Assembly (NCBI GenBank): GCA_018304295.1 | Contig: JAGVWK010000001.1 | Location: forward strand, 11,134-75,133 | Direction: 5' to 3' | DNA: 64,000 nt | DNA from: Candidatus Micrarchaeota archaeon | GTDB lineage: Archaea; Micrarchaeota; Micrarchaeia; Anstonellales; Anstonellaceae | Shown: positions 1 through 8,850 of the stretch, one piece after another | How the letters are laid out: each line of letters starts with the position of its first letter | How positions within the stretch are numbered: position 1 is the first letter of the stretch | Made by a program: the position numbers and the translations under genes | Notes under the pieces: generated by a model | Databases searched by the model: none | The model's input: only the letters and a program-made list of their open reading frames with translations | Told to the model about the DNA's origin: nothing

Positions 1-562
1 ACTCGCAAGCTCGTCAAAGAGCCGGAAGAAACTGATGAAAAAGATTTTCAAGGGCTTTTCGTGCGTTAAGCCGAAAATCAATGAAAAACTGTCTAAGCCG
101 TATCACGCATGCGCAAAAAGGCTTGCCGAAAAGAAAGCGGAGAATGTTGCAAGGAAAGTTGCAAATTCCGTTACCATAGGTTCTGATACGATTATTGTTT
201 GCAATGGCAAGGTCATACGAAAAACCGGCAGCGAAAAAATTGCGCGCGCCTCCCTGAAATTCATTTCAGGCAAAAAATGCACTGCGCATACCGGCGTGTG
301 CGTTGTGTGCAGGAAAGGCGGGCAAACTGTAAGGGGCGTTTCTTTTGTTTCCAGTGCATCATTTCTGGTGCGAAAATTAAGCGATGCGCAAATTCTCTGG
401 TACATAAAGACCGGCGAGCCGTTTTACAAGGGAGGCTGCATTGCGGTTGAGGGAAAGGGAAAGAAATTCGTGCGAAAAATTATCGGGGAAAGCGCGTGCA
501 TACAGGGCTTGCCGGTAAAGAGGCTGAAAAAAGAGATTGCTAAATTCCGCTCCTTTTTATAA
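1..562 (+). CDS. maf: Maf-like nucleoside triphosphate pyrophosphatase (5' end truncated by window edge)
   Basis: In-frame upstream codons read LASSSKSRKKL before the first Met, matching the Maf N-terminus. GSDTIIV...GKP and GGCIAVEG...GLPV motifs are present. Confidence 0.8.
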   Translation, partial: LASSSKSRKKLMKKIFKGFSCVKPKINEKLSKPYHACAKRLAEKKAENVARKVANSVTIGSDTIIVCNGKVIRKTGSEKIARASLKFISGKKCTAHTGVCVVCRKGGQTVRGVSFVSSASFLVRKLSDAQILWYIKTGEPFYKGGCIAVEGKGKKFVRKIIGESACIQGLPVKRLKKEIAKFRSFL

Positions 563-1310
563 TGCCCAGCACTTCCTTGTGCACAAGGGAATTTGAAAAA
601 AGGAATGCGCGCGTTGAAAGGGAGTATTTTTTCCCGTGCAAATCAGTAACCCTGCCTCCTGCTTCTTCAAGGATGAGCGCGGAAGCTGCAAAATCATATG
701 CGCGTAGGCGGAATTCCACGCACGCGTCCGCTTTCCCGTTTGCGCACCAGAGTATTTCATATACGGCTGCGCCAAGGTTGAGCATTTTAAAAGAGCGCGA
801 GGAAAGCCTCCCAATAAGGCGCAAATAATCCTTGTTTTCGCATTGGAAGCAGGAGTCGGCAAGTATCTGGCATTTTGAGAATGGCTTTCTTTTTGAAACG
901 CGCATCCTTTTGCCGTTGCAGAATGCGCCCTTTCCCTTTTGCGCCCAGTAAAGCTCCCTATGCTCCGGAAGAAAAACCGCGCCTGCCTGCACAATTCCCT
1001 TATGTGCAAATGCGACCGAGCAGCCGTAAAGGGGTATTCCGAATGCGTAGTTGTTTGTGCCGTCTATGGGGTCTATTACCCAAATGTTTTCGCTTTTCTC
1101 GTTTTCATGGCCGCACTCCTCTGAGTAGATGCCGTCTTTTGGGAAAGCAGCGCGTATTATGCGCAGAACCTTTTTTTCCGCAGCCAAATCCGCGCTTGTA
1201 ACAAAGTCTTTTTCGGATTTATTATGTATTTTAGCCTTTCCAAAGCTGCGCTTTGCAACCATTCCGCCTTCATAAGCGGCCTTTTTTGCAATTTCAAGGA
1301 TGGAAGGCAT
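540..1310 (-). CDS. suhB: Inositol monophosphatase / fructose-1,6-bisphosphatase family (SuhB-like)
   Basis: WVIDPIDGTNNY metal-binding motif and other IMPase-family blocks. Ends convergent with maf with a 23-nt overlap. Confidence 0.85.
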   Translation of the reverse strand: MPSILEIAKKAAYEGGMVAKRSFGKAKIHNKSEKDFVTSADLAAEKKVLRIIRAAFPKDGIYSEECGHENEKSENIWVIDPIDGTNNYAFGIPLYGCSVAFAHKGIVQAGAVFLPEHRELYWAQKGKGAFCNGKRMRVSKRKPFSKCQILADSCFQCENKDYLRLIGRLSSRSFKMLNLGAAVYEILWCANGKADACVEFRLRAYDFAASALILEEAGGRVTDLHGKKYSLSTRAFLFSNSLVHKEVLGIIKRSGI

Positions 1311-1329
1311 GCTAAAATAAGCAGCGAGA

Positions 1330-1590
1330 GGAATAAAAAGGAGCTGGAATTACCAAAATGATAAAACCTCCGGAAAGAGCGTTCGCTCTTTACGGCCCAT
1401 TCGCCGCAAGGCGAATAGGGCAGGAGGCGCTAAGGGAAAAGCTTGTTGCCCCCGCTGGTGCTTGTGTTGCGCCAAGGGGGTGAAACCTTAGGGGTAATAA
1501 GTGGAACGCTTGTGTTCCCCCTAGGTGCCAGTGGAAAGTTACCCCTTCACAGCTTTATAAAGCCTATTTTGAGCCTTCTTTTTTGGTGAT
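1330..1590 (+). ncRNA. Candidate structured ncRNA with RNase P RNA-like conserved blocks
   Basis: A 285-nt ORF-poor gap contains AAUAGGGCAGG (matches the RNase P CR block AUAGGGCAGG) and AAGGGGGUGAAACC...GGGGUAAUAAG (resembles the GGGUGAAA...GGUAAGAG J11/12 region). Several GC-rich local hairpins. No SRP helix-8 GGAAG.AGCA motif. Confidence 0.35.
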
Positions 1591-1974
1591 TTGAATGAAA
1601 ATGGACATCGCAAACTCAAGCTTTGAAGAAGTGCAGTTCGTGATTGAAAAATTGCGCAATTTCGGCATGGAGGCAAAAGTGTCAAGAAAGTTTGGCAGGC
1701 CGGTGCTGGAAACAACCGACGTGAAGCAGGAGAGGCACATGATAGAGGAGCTGGATGTTGCCGGGATATGCTTCTGATTTTTATTCTAGTGGCGGCGTTT
1801 TTTCTGGCTTTTCTGCCGCCCAACCCCTCCCACAAGGTGAAAAATATGCGCAATTAGATGCTAACGGGCGCGGTTTGATTATAGGGAAGAGGAAGATTTT
1901 TTTTGTGCTGCGCTGTTTTGCATCGCACAAGGAATATGAAAAATGGTATGAAAAACTCATGTAATCTGGATTGA

Positions 1975-2020
1975 TGCTGAAGCTAAGAAAAATAAATAAA
2001 AAAGAAAAAGCAGAGAGAAC
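1975..2020 (-). terminator. T-rich tract downstream of the L12 gene (putative archaeal oligo-T terminator)
   Basis: Minus-strand sequence immediately after the L12 stop is CTTTTTCTTTTTTATTTATTTTTC. Confidence 0.35.
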
Positions 2021-2329
2021 TTATCCAAAGAGCGATGCAAGGCCTTCTGCTGCCGCCTCTTCCTTCTTTGCATTGTCCTCAGGCTTCTTTTCCTCTTTCT
2101 TCTCGCCTGCTGCGGGAGCTGCGACGGCTGCTGCTGCGACCGGCATTGCCGCCGCTTTCAGAAGCTCCTCAAAGCTCACGCCTTTTACGGCTTCGGCAAG
2201 GACTTTCGCCTTTGCCTCGTCCGGCGTTACACCTGCGGCTTTGAGCACCCCCTCAATGTTTGAGGTGGAAAGCTCCTTGCCTGCTCCCTGCAGGAGCAAT
2301 ACTGCGTGCAGATATGGGTCTATTTTCAT
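2021..2329 (-). CDS. rpl12: 50S ribosomal protein L12 / P1 (acidic stalk protein)
   Basis: N-terminal MKIDPYLHAVLLLQGAGKELS block, Ala/Glu/Lys-rich hinge, C-terminal EEAAAEGLASLFG. The ORF track starts 6 codons earlier at 2347. Confidence 0.9.
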   Translation of the reverse strand: MKIDPYLHAVLLLQGAGKELSTSNIEGVLKAAGVTPDEAKAKVLAEAVKGVSFEELLKAAAMPVAAAAVAAPAAGEKKEEKKPEDNAKKEEAAAEGLASLFG

Positions 2330-2343
2330 AATATAACCTCCGT

Positions 2344-3252
2344 TCAAGCTTGTGTCTTGTTCTCAAGGTTCCCGACTTTGCTGCTTAGAGTTTCTCCAAG
2401 CAGCACGGCTTGGGTTAGAAGCAACTCGGAAGAAGCGTCCGAGTAAACCCCTCCGTTTATCGCAAGGTTATTTCCCTGCGAATACGCGTCTTTTAGGAGC
2501 GCGTCTATGTTCTGTGATGTCGGGTATGAGCAGTTATATGAAACATTGAAAGACTGCGCAAGGCAGTTTTGCAAATCCGCGAAAAGCTGCGCCTGGTCAA
2601 TGTCAAGCACTGATGCGCCGTATACTTTCCCTTCCTCCACGGCAGCCACCATGTTGAGCCTTGCCTCAAATGGGAAGATGTTGAGCTTGGAGAGCGCCTT
2701 GCACACTGCGTCGGATATTTTTGCGCCACTTTTTGCAACTATAGAGTCCTTTGCAACAATTATCTTGCCGCCCTTTATCTGTGCATTTATGCCCGCGCCC
2801 TTAAGCTCCGAGAGAGCCGGGCCCGGAGGCAGGTCTGTTTCGCCCTCGTGCACCACAATGTCAAAGGGCGCAAGCTGCCCGGGCTTTGCAGCAACGCTGC
2901 TCTTGTTTGTCTTGAAAAATGTGAAAAGCGCGTAGGGGGTCATGTCTGAGAGCACAAGCGCAGTCGGGCTTTTTATCTCGGAAGAAAGAATTGATGCCTT
3001 CTTGGAGCTTTCAAGCGCCTTTTTTATCACGCTGTTCTTTGCAACTATTATGTCCGCCTTTCCGCGAAGCTTCTTGCGTGCAGCCTGCAGCAGCCTGTCG
3101 GGGAGCGCGCGGATGTCTATTGCCGCAACAACCGGCTTTTCCCCTATCCACTGCACGAGCTTTTTCACCTGTGCCTCTTTTTTGGAGATTGCGCTGCTGT
3201 GCCTTTTGGCTGACTTTTGGCCCGGTTTTTTCCTTGTCATGAGTATCACCAT
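2344..3252 (-). CDS. rpl10: 50S ribosomal protein L10 (acidic ribosomal protein P0 homolog)
   Basis: PVVAAIDIRALPDRLLQAARKKLRGKADIIVAKNSVIKKAL matches the P0 N-domain. Lies immediately upstream of L12 in the conserved stalk operon. Confidence 0.9.
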   Translation of the reverse strand: MVILMTRKKPGQKSAKRHSSAISKKEAQVKKLVQWIGEKPVVAAIDIRALPDRLLQAARKKLRGKADIIVAKNSVIKKALESSKKASILSSEIKSPTALVLSDMTPYALFTFFKTNKSSVAAKPGQLAPFDIVVHEGETDLPPGPALSELKGAGINAQIKGGKIIVAKDSIVAKSGAKISDAVCKALSKLNIFPFEARLNMVAAVEEGKVYGASVLDIDQAQLFADLQNCLAQSFNVSYNCSYPTSQNIDALLKDAYSQGNNLAINGGVYSDASSELLLTQAVLLGETLSSKVGNLENKTQA

Positions 3253-3266
3253 TTATCCTGCATGCC

Positions 3267-3923
3267 TTATGCGGCTTTTGCAGCCTCTACTTTCACGGCC
3301 TTGCCCATGCTCAGCTTAACATACGATGATTTTATGGACGGCTCCGTAACCTTTGCCTTCACTTTCTCGTATGCAAACTCAAAATTGTCAGCCAACTCCT
3401 CTATTGGCATGCCCTCGCTGCCTATAAGGCACTGCACTACGGGCAGGTATTTGCCCCTTGAGGTGAGCTTCACCCTGTTTTTTGCCTGCCTTATTGCCTC
3501 AACCGTGCTTATGCCTGCAATGGGCTTTGGAAGCTTTCCCTTTGAGCCAAGCCGCTGCCCAAGGGCTTTTCCCACCGCAATCATGAGCGAGGGCTGTGCT
3601 ATGAACTCGTATTCCTTTGCCATCAGGGAAAGGCGGTTCTTGTCGGCCGCAAGCTTTGTTATGCCTGCCGCGTCAAATATGTCCGCAGGCGCAATGCCCG
3701 CATTCTTTGCCTCAAGGGCAACCTGCCCGTCGCCAAAAACAGCGACCTTTTGCTCCTTGCCCTTTCCCTTTGGGAGTATTATGTCAAGGTTCAGGCGGTT
3801 TTCAGGCTTGGAAAAGTTTATGCCTCGGAAATTCACTATAAATTCCACAGACTGGGAGAACTTGCGCTTTCCCTTGTCTTCAAGCGCCCTTGTAAGGGCC
3901 GAAATGGTTGTTTTCCTGTCCAT
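3267..3923 (-). CDS. rpl1: 50S ribosomal protein L1
   Basis: The ORF is homologous to L1 from MDRKTTISALTRALED onward. The upstream 25 codons of the ORF-track call look like read-through. Gene order is L1-L10-L12. Confidence 0.9.
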   Translation of the reverse strand: MDRKTTISALTRALEDKGKRKFSQSVEFIVNFRGINFSKPENRLNLDIILPKGKGKEQKVAVFGDGQVALEAKNAGIAPADIFDAAGITKLAADKNRLSLMAKEYEFIAQPSLMIAVGKALGQRLGSKGKLPKPIAGISTVEAIRQAKNRVKLTSRGKYLPVVQCLIGSEGMPIEELADNFEFAYEKVKAKVTEPSIKSSYVKLSMGKAVKVEAAKAA

Positions 3924-4103
3924 GCAATCCCTCCTGCTTATAGCAGTGATGCAGGCAATGCCTGCTAGCGGGAAAATCAGAAGATGCGCATGCATCATGC
4001 GGATTTTACCTTAAGGTTATGTTCCTATTATGGATGCAAAAGTTTTAATAAATATGCAAGCAATACAAATGCCCTTATTTGCTATTTATTGGGAGGGAAG
4101 GCT

Positions 4104-5330
4104 ATGGAAAACTATGACGTTATAGTGGTAGGCGCAGGTCCGGGCGGCTCAACGGCTGCTGCGTACCTTGGAAGGTCGGGGTTCAACGTGCTCTTGCTTG
4201 ACAAGGCAAAATTCCCCCGCGACAAGATATGCGGGGACGCGGTGAGCGGAAAATCCATGAACGTGATAAAGGAGTTCGCCCTTGAGGAGGAGATACAAAA
4301 GGATGCACGCCACGGCAATATTTACGGGGTAATTTTCTCAGGCACGGATGGGAAAACAGTGGAAATACCTTTTGCAGCCGCAAAGGACAAGGGCCGCCCG
4401 CCCGGATACACGCTCCCAAGGATTGCAACTGACAACATACTTTTCCAGAATGCAAAAAAATACGCAAAAGTGAAAGAGGGCTTTGCAATGAGCGACGTTA
4501 TTTTTGAGAACGGATATGCGGTGGGAGTAAAGGGAAGGGACATGGCAGAAGGGAAAGAGATGGAATTCCGCGCAAAGGTGGTTGTTGGGGCGGACGGGGC
4601 AGGCTCAATAGTCGCAAACAAGGCAGGAGTGGGCGCGCTTGCGCCAGAGCACGCGTGCATTGCGATACGCGCATATTACGAAGGCATAAGCGGGATGACG
4701 GACAACATTGAGATACATTTTGTTAAAGAGGCAATGCCGGGCTATTTCTGGATATTCCCAATTGGGGAGGGGAAGGCAAACGTGGGGCTTGGCATACTCA
4801 TGAAGGACGTGCAGGAAAAGAAAATGAACCTGCCTGCGCTCCTTGAGAGGATAGTTGCGCAAAATGCGAACTTTGCGCCTCGCTTTGCAAATGCGAAAAA
4901 AGTTTCAAGCGTGCAATCATGGACGCTGCCGTTTGGCTCAAAAATACGAAAAGCGCACGGGAACGGATGGATTCTTGTGGGGGATGCCGCGTCTCTTATT
5001 GACCCGTTTTCAGGCGAGGGCGTGGGGAACGCTACTGCAAGCGCAAAAATTGCGGCAAAAATAATCGCGGGCGCGCTAAAGGAGAACAACTTCTCGGAAA
5101 GTTACTTTGCGCAATACCAAAGCGAGATGGAAGCCGCGCTCAAGCCGGAGCTGCAAACAAGCTACATGCTGCAAAAGCTCGGCAGGCAGGAGTGGCTGCT
5201 GAATTTCATCATCGGGAAGGCGCACAAATCTGAAAAGGTGCGCGAAACCCTTTCCGCAATGCTTGGAAGCGAAGAGGCGAAAAAAGAGTTTGCCTCCCCG
5301 GTTTTCTACCTTAAAATGCTCTTTGCATAG
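4104..5330 (+). CDS. FAD-dependent geranylgeranyl reductase family oxidoreductase
   Basis: MENYDVIVVGAGPGGSTAAAYL is a Rossmann FAD-binding N-terminus, GDAAS..DPFSGEG is also present, and a GGGAGGG Shine-Dalgarno lies 7 nt upstream of ATG 4104. The ORF-track start at 3984 was rejected as a non-homologous extension. Confidence 0.8.
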   Translation: MENYDVIVVGAGPGGSTAAAYLGRSGFNVLLLDKAKFPRDKICGDAVSGKSMNVIKEFALEEEIQKDARHGNIYGVIFSGTDGKTVEIPFAAAKDKGRPPGYTLPRIATDNILFQNAKKYAKVKEGFAMSDVIFENGYAVGVKGRDMAEGKEMEFRAKVVVGADGAGSIVANKAGVGALAPEHACIAIRAYYEGISGMTDNIEIHFVKEAMPGYFWIFPIGEGKANVGLGILMKDVQEKKMNLPALLERIVAQNANFAPRFANAKKVSSVQSWTLPFGSKIRKAHGNGWILVGDAASLIDPFSGEGVGNATASAKIAAKIIAGALKENNFSESYFAQYQSEMEAALKPELQTSYMLQKLGRQEWLLNFIIGKAHKSEKVRETLSAMLGSEEAKKEFASPVFYLKMLFA

Positions 5331-5342
5331 GAAAGTGCATTT

Positions 5343-6737
5343 ATGAGAATTGAAAAGGACTTCCTTGGAAGCGTGCAGGTGCCTGATGATGCTTACTGGG
5401 GAGTTTTCACGAAAAGGGCGAATGAAAATTTCTCCCTTAGCGGGATGAAAGCAAAGCCGGTTCTGATTAAGGCGTACGGGATTGTGAAAAAATCCGCGGC
5501 AGAGGCGAATTTTAAATTAGGGCTTCTTGAGGAGAGGAAGGCAAATGCCATAATAGCGGCTGCGCAGGAAGTGGTGGATGGGAAATTGGATGCTCATTTT
5601 CCACTTGACGCTTTTCAGGCAGGGGCGGGCACGCCCTTTAACATGAACGCAAACGAGGTAATTGCAAACCGCGCGCTTGAGATGCTTGGGGAAAAACGCG
5701 GGGAGTACTCAAAAATAAGCCCCAACAATGATGTGAACATGGCGCAGTCGTCAAATGATGTAACGCCAACCGCGATAAGGGTTGCAACGCTCCTTATGCA
5801 TGGGGAATTGCTGGAAAATGCAAATGCGCTTGCCGCTTCCCTGCGCAAAAAAGGAAAAGAATATGCGCACGTTGTGAAAACAGGAAGGACGCACTTGCAG
5901 GATGCGGTTCCCATTTCAGTGCAGCAGGAATTCAATGCGTTTGCACTTTCTATTGAAAATGACGCACAAGAGATGGAACACGCTGCAAAAAAGCTTGCAG
6001 AGCTTGGAATTGGGGGGACTGCGATTGGAACCGGGATTAATACGCACCCAAAGTTCGCAGCGCTTTGCGTTGAGAGGATTGGAAATAACTCTGGATTGGA
6101 GGTTTATGCTGGAAAAGACCTCATAGAGCTAACCTCAAGCATGAATGCGTTTTTGAATTACTCATCTGCAATGCGCTCGCTGGCGGTTTCCCTTGTGAGA
6201 ATTTCAAATGATTTGAAATTGCTCTCCTCGGGGCCAAAAACCGCAATAGGCGAATACTATTTGCCTGAAGTTGAGCCGGGCTCGTCCATAATGCCGGGGA
6301 AAATAAACCCTTCCATCCCTGAGGCCGCTGAAATGTGCGCCTTGCAGGCGATTGCATGCGACCATGCAGTGCTGCTTGCGTGCAAGGGGGGGCAGCTGCA
6401 GCTTAACATGCTCACGCCCCTTATAACATACAATGTTCTTTTTGCAAGCGAACTGCTTGCAAATGCATGCGAAATGTTCTCGCAAAAATGCATAAGCGGC
6501 ATAATTGTTGACGAGAAAAAGTGCCATGAGAACCTGTTTGGCGGGTTGATACTTGCAACCGCGCTCAACCCTTATTTTGGGTATAATGCAATGAGTGATT
6601 TGGTAAAAGAGGCGCTAAAAAGGGGAATTTCAATAAGGGAAATCATTTTGGAGAAAAAACTACTTTCAAAAGAACAGGTGGATGAGCTGCTTTCTCCTCA
6701 AAGATTAATTTCCCCGCAGGAAAAGAAAAAGCTTTGA
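5343..6737 (+). CDS. Aspartate ammonia-lyase / class II fumarate hydratase family lyase
   Basis: GSSIMPGKINP signature, QSSNDVTPTA and GTGINTHP blocks. AspA and FumC cannot be separated by eye. Confidence 0.85.
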   Translation: MRIEKDFLGSVQVPDDAYWGVFTKRANENFSLSGMKAKPVLIKAYGIVKKSAAEANFKLGLLEERKANAIIAAAQEVVDGKLDAHFPLDAFQAGAGTPFNMNANEVIANRALEMLGEKRGEYSKISPNNDVNMAQSSNDVTPTAIRVATLLMHGELLENANALAASLRKKGKEYAHVVKTGRTHLQDAVPISVQQEFNAFALSIENDAQEMEHAAKKLAELGIGGTAIGTGINTHPKFAALCVERIGNNSGLEVYAGKDLIELTSSMNAFLNYSSAMRSLAVSLVRISNDLKLLSSGPKTAIGEYYLPEVEPGSSIMPGKINPSIPEAAEMCALQAIACDHAVLLACKGGQLQLNMLTPLITYNVLFASELLANACEMFSQKCISGIIVDEKKCHENLFGGLILATALNPYFGYNAMSDLVKEALKRGISIREIILEKKLLSKEQVDELLSPQRLISPQEKKKL

Positions 6738-6748
6738 AGAGTAAAGGG

Positions 6749-7015
6749 CTAGTTTCGGTATATCCTGTTGCGATGATCGTAATCTATGAAAAGCACGATT
6801 TTTGTTTTTTCATCTACACGGAATGTTAGCACAAATGCAGAACCTATATGAACACGCTCTACGCCCTTCAGGATATTTCCAAGCTTTTTATATGTAGTGG
6901 GATCTTCTAAAATTTCTTTCATCTTTTTTGTTAATCTTTCAAAGTGAGGCCTGTCTTTTTTGCATAACTTTTTCATCTTTTCATTGAACGATTCGGTTTC
7001 TGAAGGAGTGTACAT
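6749..7015 (-). CDS. relE: RelE/ParE-family type II toxin (mRNA interferase)
   Basis: C-terminal HIGSAFVLTFRVDEKTKIVLFIDYDHRNRIYR matches the RelE/ParE YRIIY..IL.IGHRK core. It is 88 aa and lies in an AT-rich stretch. Confidence 0.75.
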   Translation of the reverse strand: MYTPSETESFNEKMKKLCKKDRPHFERLTKKMKEILEDPTTYKKLGNILKGVERVHIGSAFVLTFRVDEKTKIVLFIDYDHRNRIYRN

Positions 7016-7291
7016 TTACTCATACTCCTTCACCATCTCCTCAAAGGTCTCGTAGGCATATTGCTTTTCCTTTAAGAGTCTTTTTATTTTTTTTACATAC
7101 TCTTTGCTGAGAGGCGGCTCATGAATAGCTTCATTTTCGCTTGTGGGTGTTTTGAAGACCATTTTTGTTTTGTTTTGGAATGCGCCTTCCGACATATCAT
7201 GAATTTTATTTTTTATTTCTTCAATACGTGGAGAAGTTAAATTGGGGAAATGGTACGTTTCAAAACCTGCATGCGAACCAAATGGCGCCAT
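7016..7291 (-). CDS. Putative antitoxin cognate to RelE (family not recognised)
   Basis: A 91-aa ORF abutting the toxin start with zero spacer (7016/7015), in the canonical antitoxin-then-toxin order. Confidence 0.45.
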   Translation of the reverse strand: MAPFGSHAGFETYHFPNLTSPRIEEIKNKIHDMSEGAFQNKTKMVFKTPTSENEAIHEPPLSKEYVKKIKRLLKEKQYAYETFEEMVKEYE

Positions 7292-7297
7292 ACTGAC

Positions 7298-7564
7298 CTA
7301 CTCCCTTTTTCCCTCAATTTGCTCCACAGCTACTTTCAAGGCATTTAGTATTGATTTGATTATGATATACGGGGATTCTGCATCGGTATTGCTGATTCTG
7401 ATAAAATGGGTTTTCATAGAAACAGTTCCATCTGTCTTGTCTTTTTTATAGTCATCAACAAAAGCGACAGTGGCTATGTATTTCTTTCTTTGGAATTTTT
7501 TATCTAGCAATGCTTGCAAATTGTCTTTAAGTTGGTCGAGATCCTTTTGCTGCATAGTTACCAA
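7298..7564 (-). CDS. Hypothetical small protein, first gene of the AT-rich three-gene islet
   Basis: An 88-aa ORF, 6 nt upstream of the antitoxin, with the same low GC as its neighbours. Confidence 0.4.
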   Translation of the reverse strand: MVTMQQKDLDQLKDNLQALLDKKFQRKKYIATVAFVDDYKKDKTDGTVSMKTHFIRISNTDAESPYIIIKSILNALKVAVEQIEGKRE

Positions 7565-7628
7565 TCTCTGTGCTACCTTTTAATGGTTTTTGGTCGTTGT
7601 GGCTTAAATGTTTTTCTGTCTGGGCATG

Positions 7629-8807
7629 TTAGATTTGCGCAACGCCTTCTTTTCTTGCGGCTTCCACTACTTTCTGTGCAACGAATTTGTGCAGCCCTTC
7701 TTCAAAAGCAGCAGGCACTATGTAGTTTTCTTTCAGGCCCCTTTCCTGCGCAAACCGCGCAATTGCAAGCGCGGCAGCAAGCTTCATTCCTTCTGTAATC
7801 TGCTTTGCGCGGCAGTCAAGGGCACCCCTGAAAATTCCGGGGAACGCAAGCACGTTGTTTACCTGATTGTCAAGGTCGCTTCGCGCGCTTGCGTATATTT
7901 TGCAGCCTGCCGCCTTTGCGTCCTCGTGAGTTATTTCAGGCACGGGGTTGGAGAGCGCGAATATTATTGGATTTTCGCCCATTGCTTTCGCTTGCTCCTG
8001 TTTTAGTGCCCCTGCAACTGAAGCGCCGATGAATACGTCCGCGCTCTTTATAACGTCGGAAAGCTTTCCGCACGCCATGTGCGGAAGCACCGCCCCAAAC
8101 TCTTTTTTGTATTGCTCAAGGTCGCTTCGCGCGCTGCATATTGCGCCCTTGCTGTCAAGCACGACAAGGTTTTTTATGCCGTATTCTGTTAGAAGCTTTG
8201 AGATTGCTATGCCTGCCGCTCCCGCGCCATTCACAACAACCTTGGCGCTTTTTGCATCCCTGCCGGTTACCTTAAGCGCGTTTATCAAAGCCGCAAGCAC
8301 TACGACTGCGGTCCCATGCTGGTCGTCGTGAAACACTGGAATGCCAAGAGTTTTTTTGAGCGTGGCTTCAACCTCAAAGCATTTGGGGGATTCTATGTCC
8401 TCAAGAAGGATTGCGCCAAAGCATGGGGAGATGAGCCTTACCGTGCGGATTATTTCATCCTTGTCCTTTGTTGCAAGGCAAATGGGGAATGCGTCTATTT
8501 TGGCGAACTCACACAGGAGAGCGGCTTTTCCCTCCATTACGGGTATTGCTGCCAATGGGCCAATGTCCCCAAGCCCAAGCACGCGCGTCCCATCGGACAC
8601 TATTGCGACCGAATTTCCCTTTAGCGTGAGCGCATATGCAGAAGAAGGGTTATTTTTTACCTCGTTGCACACTGCTGCCACGCCGGGAGTGTATGCAAGG
8701 GAAAGCGCATGGCGGTCTTTTATGGGCGCTTTGGAGCAGGTGCGCAGCTTTCCGCCAAGGCGGCGGTGAAACTCCAGAGATTGGTTTCCTATGTCCAACA
8801 AGAACAC
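7629..8807 (-). CDS. NAD(P)-dependent malic enzyme (short form)
   Basis: LSLAYTPGVA, GTAVVVLAALINALK and VVNGAGAAGIA (Rossmann) blocks. Length of about 390 aa is typical of short prokaryotic malic enzymes. Confidence 0.9.
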   Translation of the reverse strand: MFLLDIGNQSLEFHRRLGGKLRTCSKAPIKDRHALSLAYTPGVAAVCNEVKNNPSSAYALTLKGNSVAIVSDGTRVLGLGDIGPLAAIPVMEGKAALLCEFAKIDAFPICLATKDKDEIIRTVRLISPCFGAILLEDIESPKCFEVEATLKKTLGIPVFHDDQHGTAVVVLAALINALKVTGRDAKSAKVVVNGAGAAGIAISKLLTEYGIKNLVVLDSKGAICSARSDLEQYKKEFGAVLPHMACGKLSDVIKSADVFIGASVAGALKQEQAKAMGENPIIFALSNPVPEITHEDAKAAGCKIYASARSDLDNQVNNVLAFPGIFRGALDCRAKQITEGMKLAAALAIARFAQERGLKENYIVPAAFEEGLHKFVAQKVVEAARKEGVAQI

Positions 8808-8850
8808 CGACTTATCTTATTACAGCAGTTGCCCGTTGCGCAGCAGTCCC

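Noticed and set aside
1330-1590. SRP (7S) RNA as the identity of the structured region.
   Set aside because: The conserved helix-8 GGAAG.AGCA SRP54-binding motif is absent, while an exact AUAGGGCAGG RNase P block is present. The region is therefore called RNase P-like, at low confidence.
1595-1964. Small ORFs 1595-1777 (60 aa) and 1755-1964 (69 aa) as genes.
   Set aside because: They have no recognisable family and overlap each other. The 60-aa ORF has a plausible start context but the evidence is too weak to call a CDS.
3984-4103. A 40-codon N-terminal extension on the geranylgeranyl reductase ORF.
   Set aside because: The extension has no homology to the family. An internal ATG at 4104 is preceded by a GGGAGGG Shine-Dalgarno and begins the canonical FAD-binding N-terminus.
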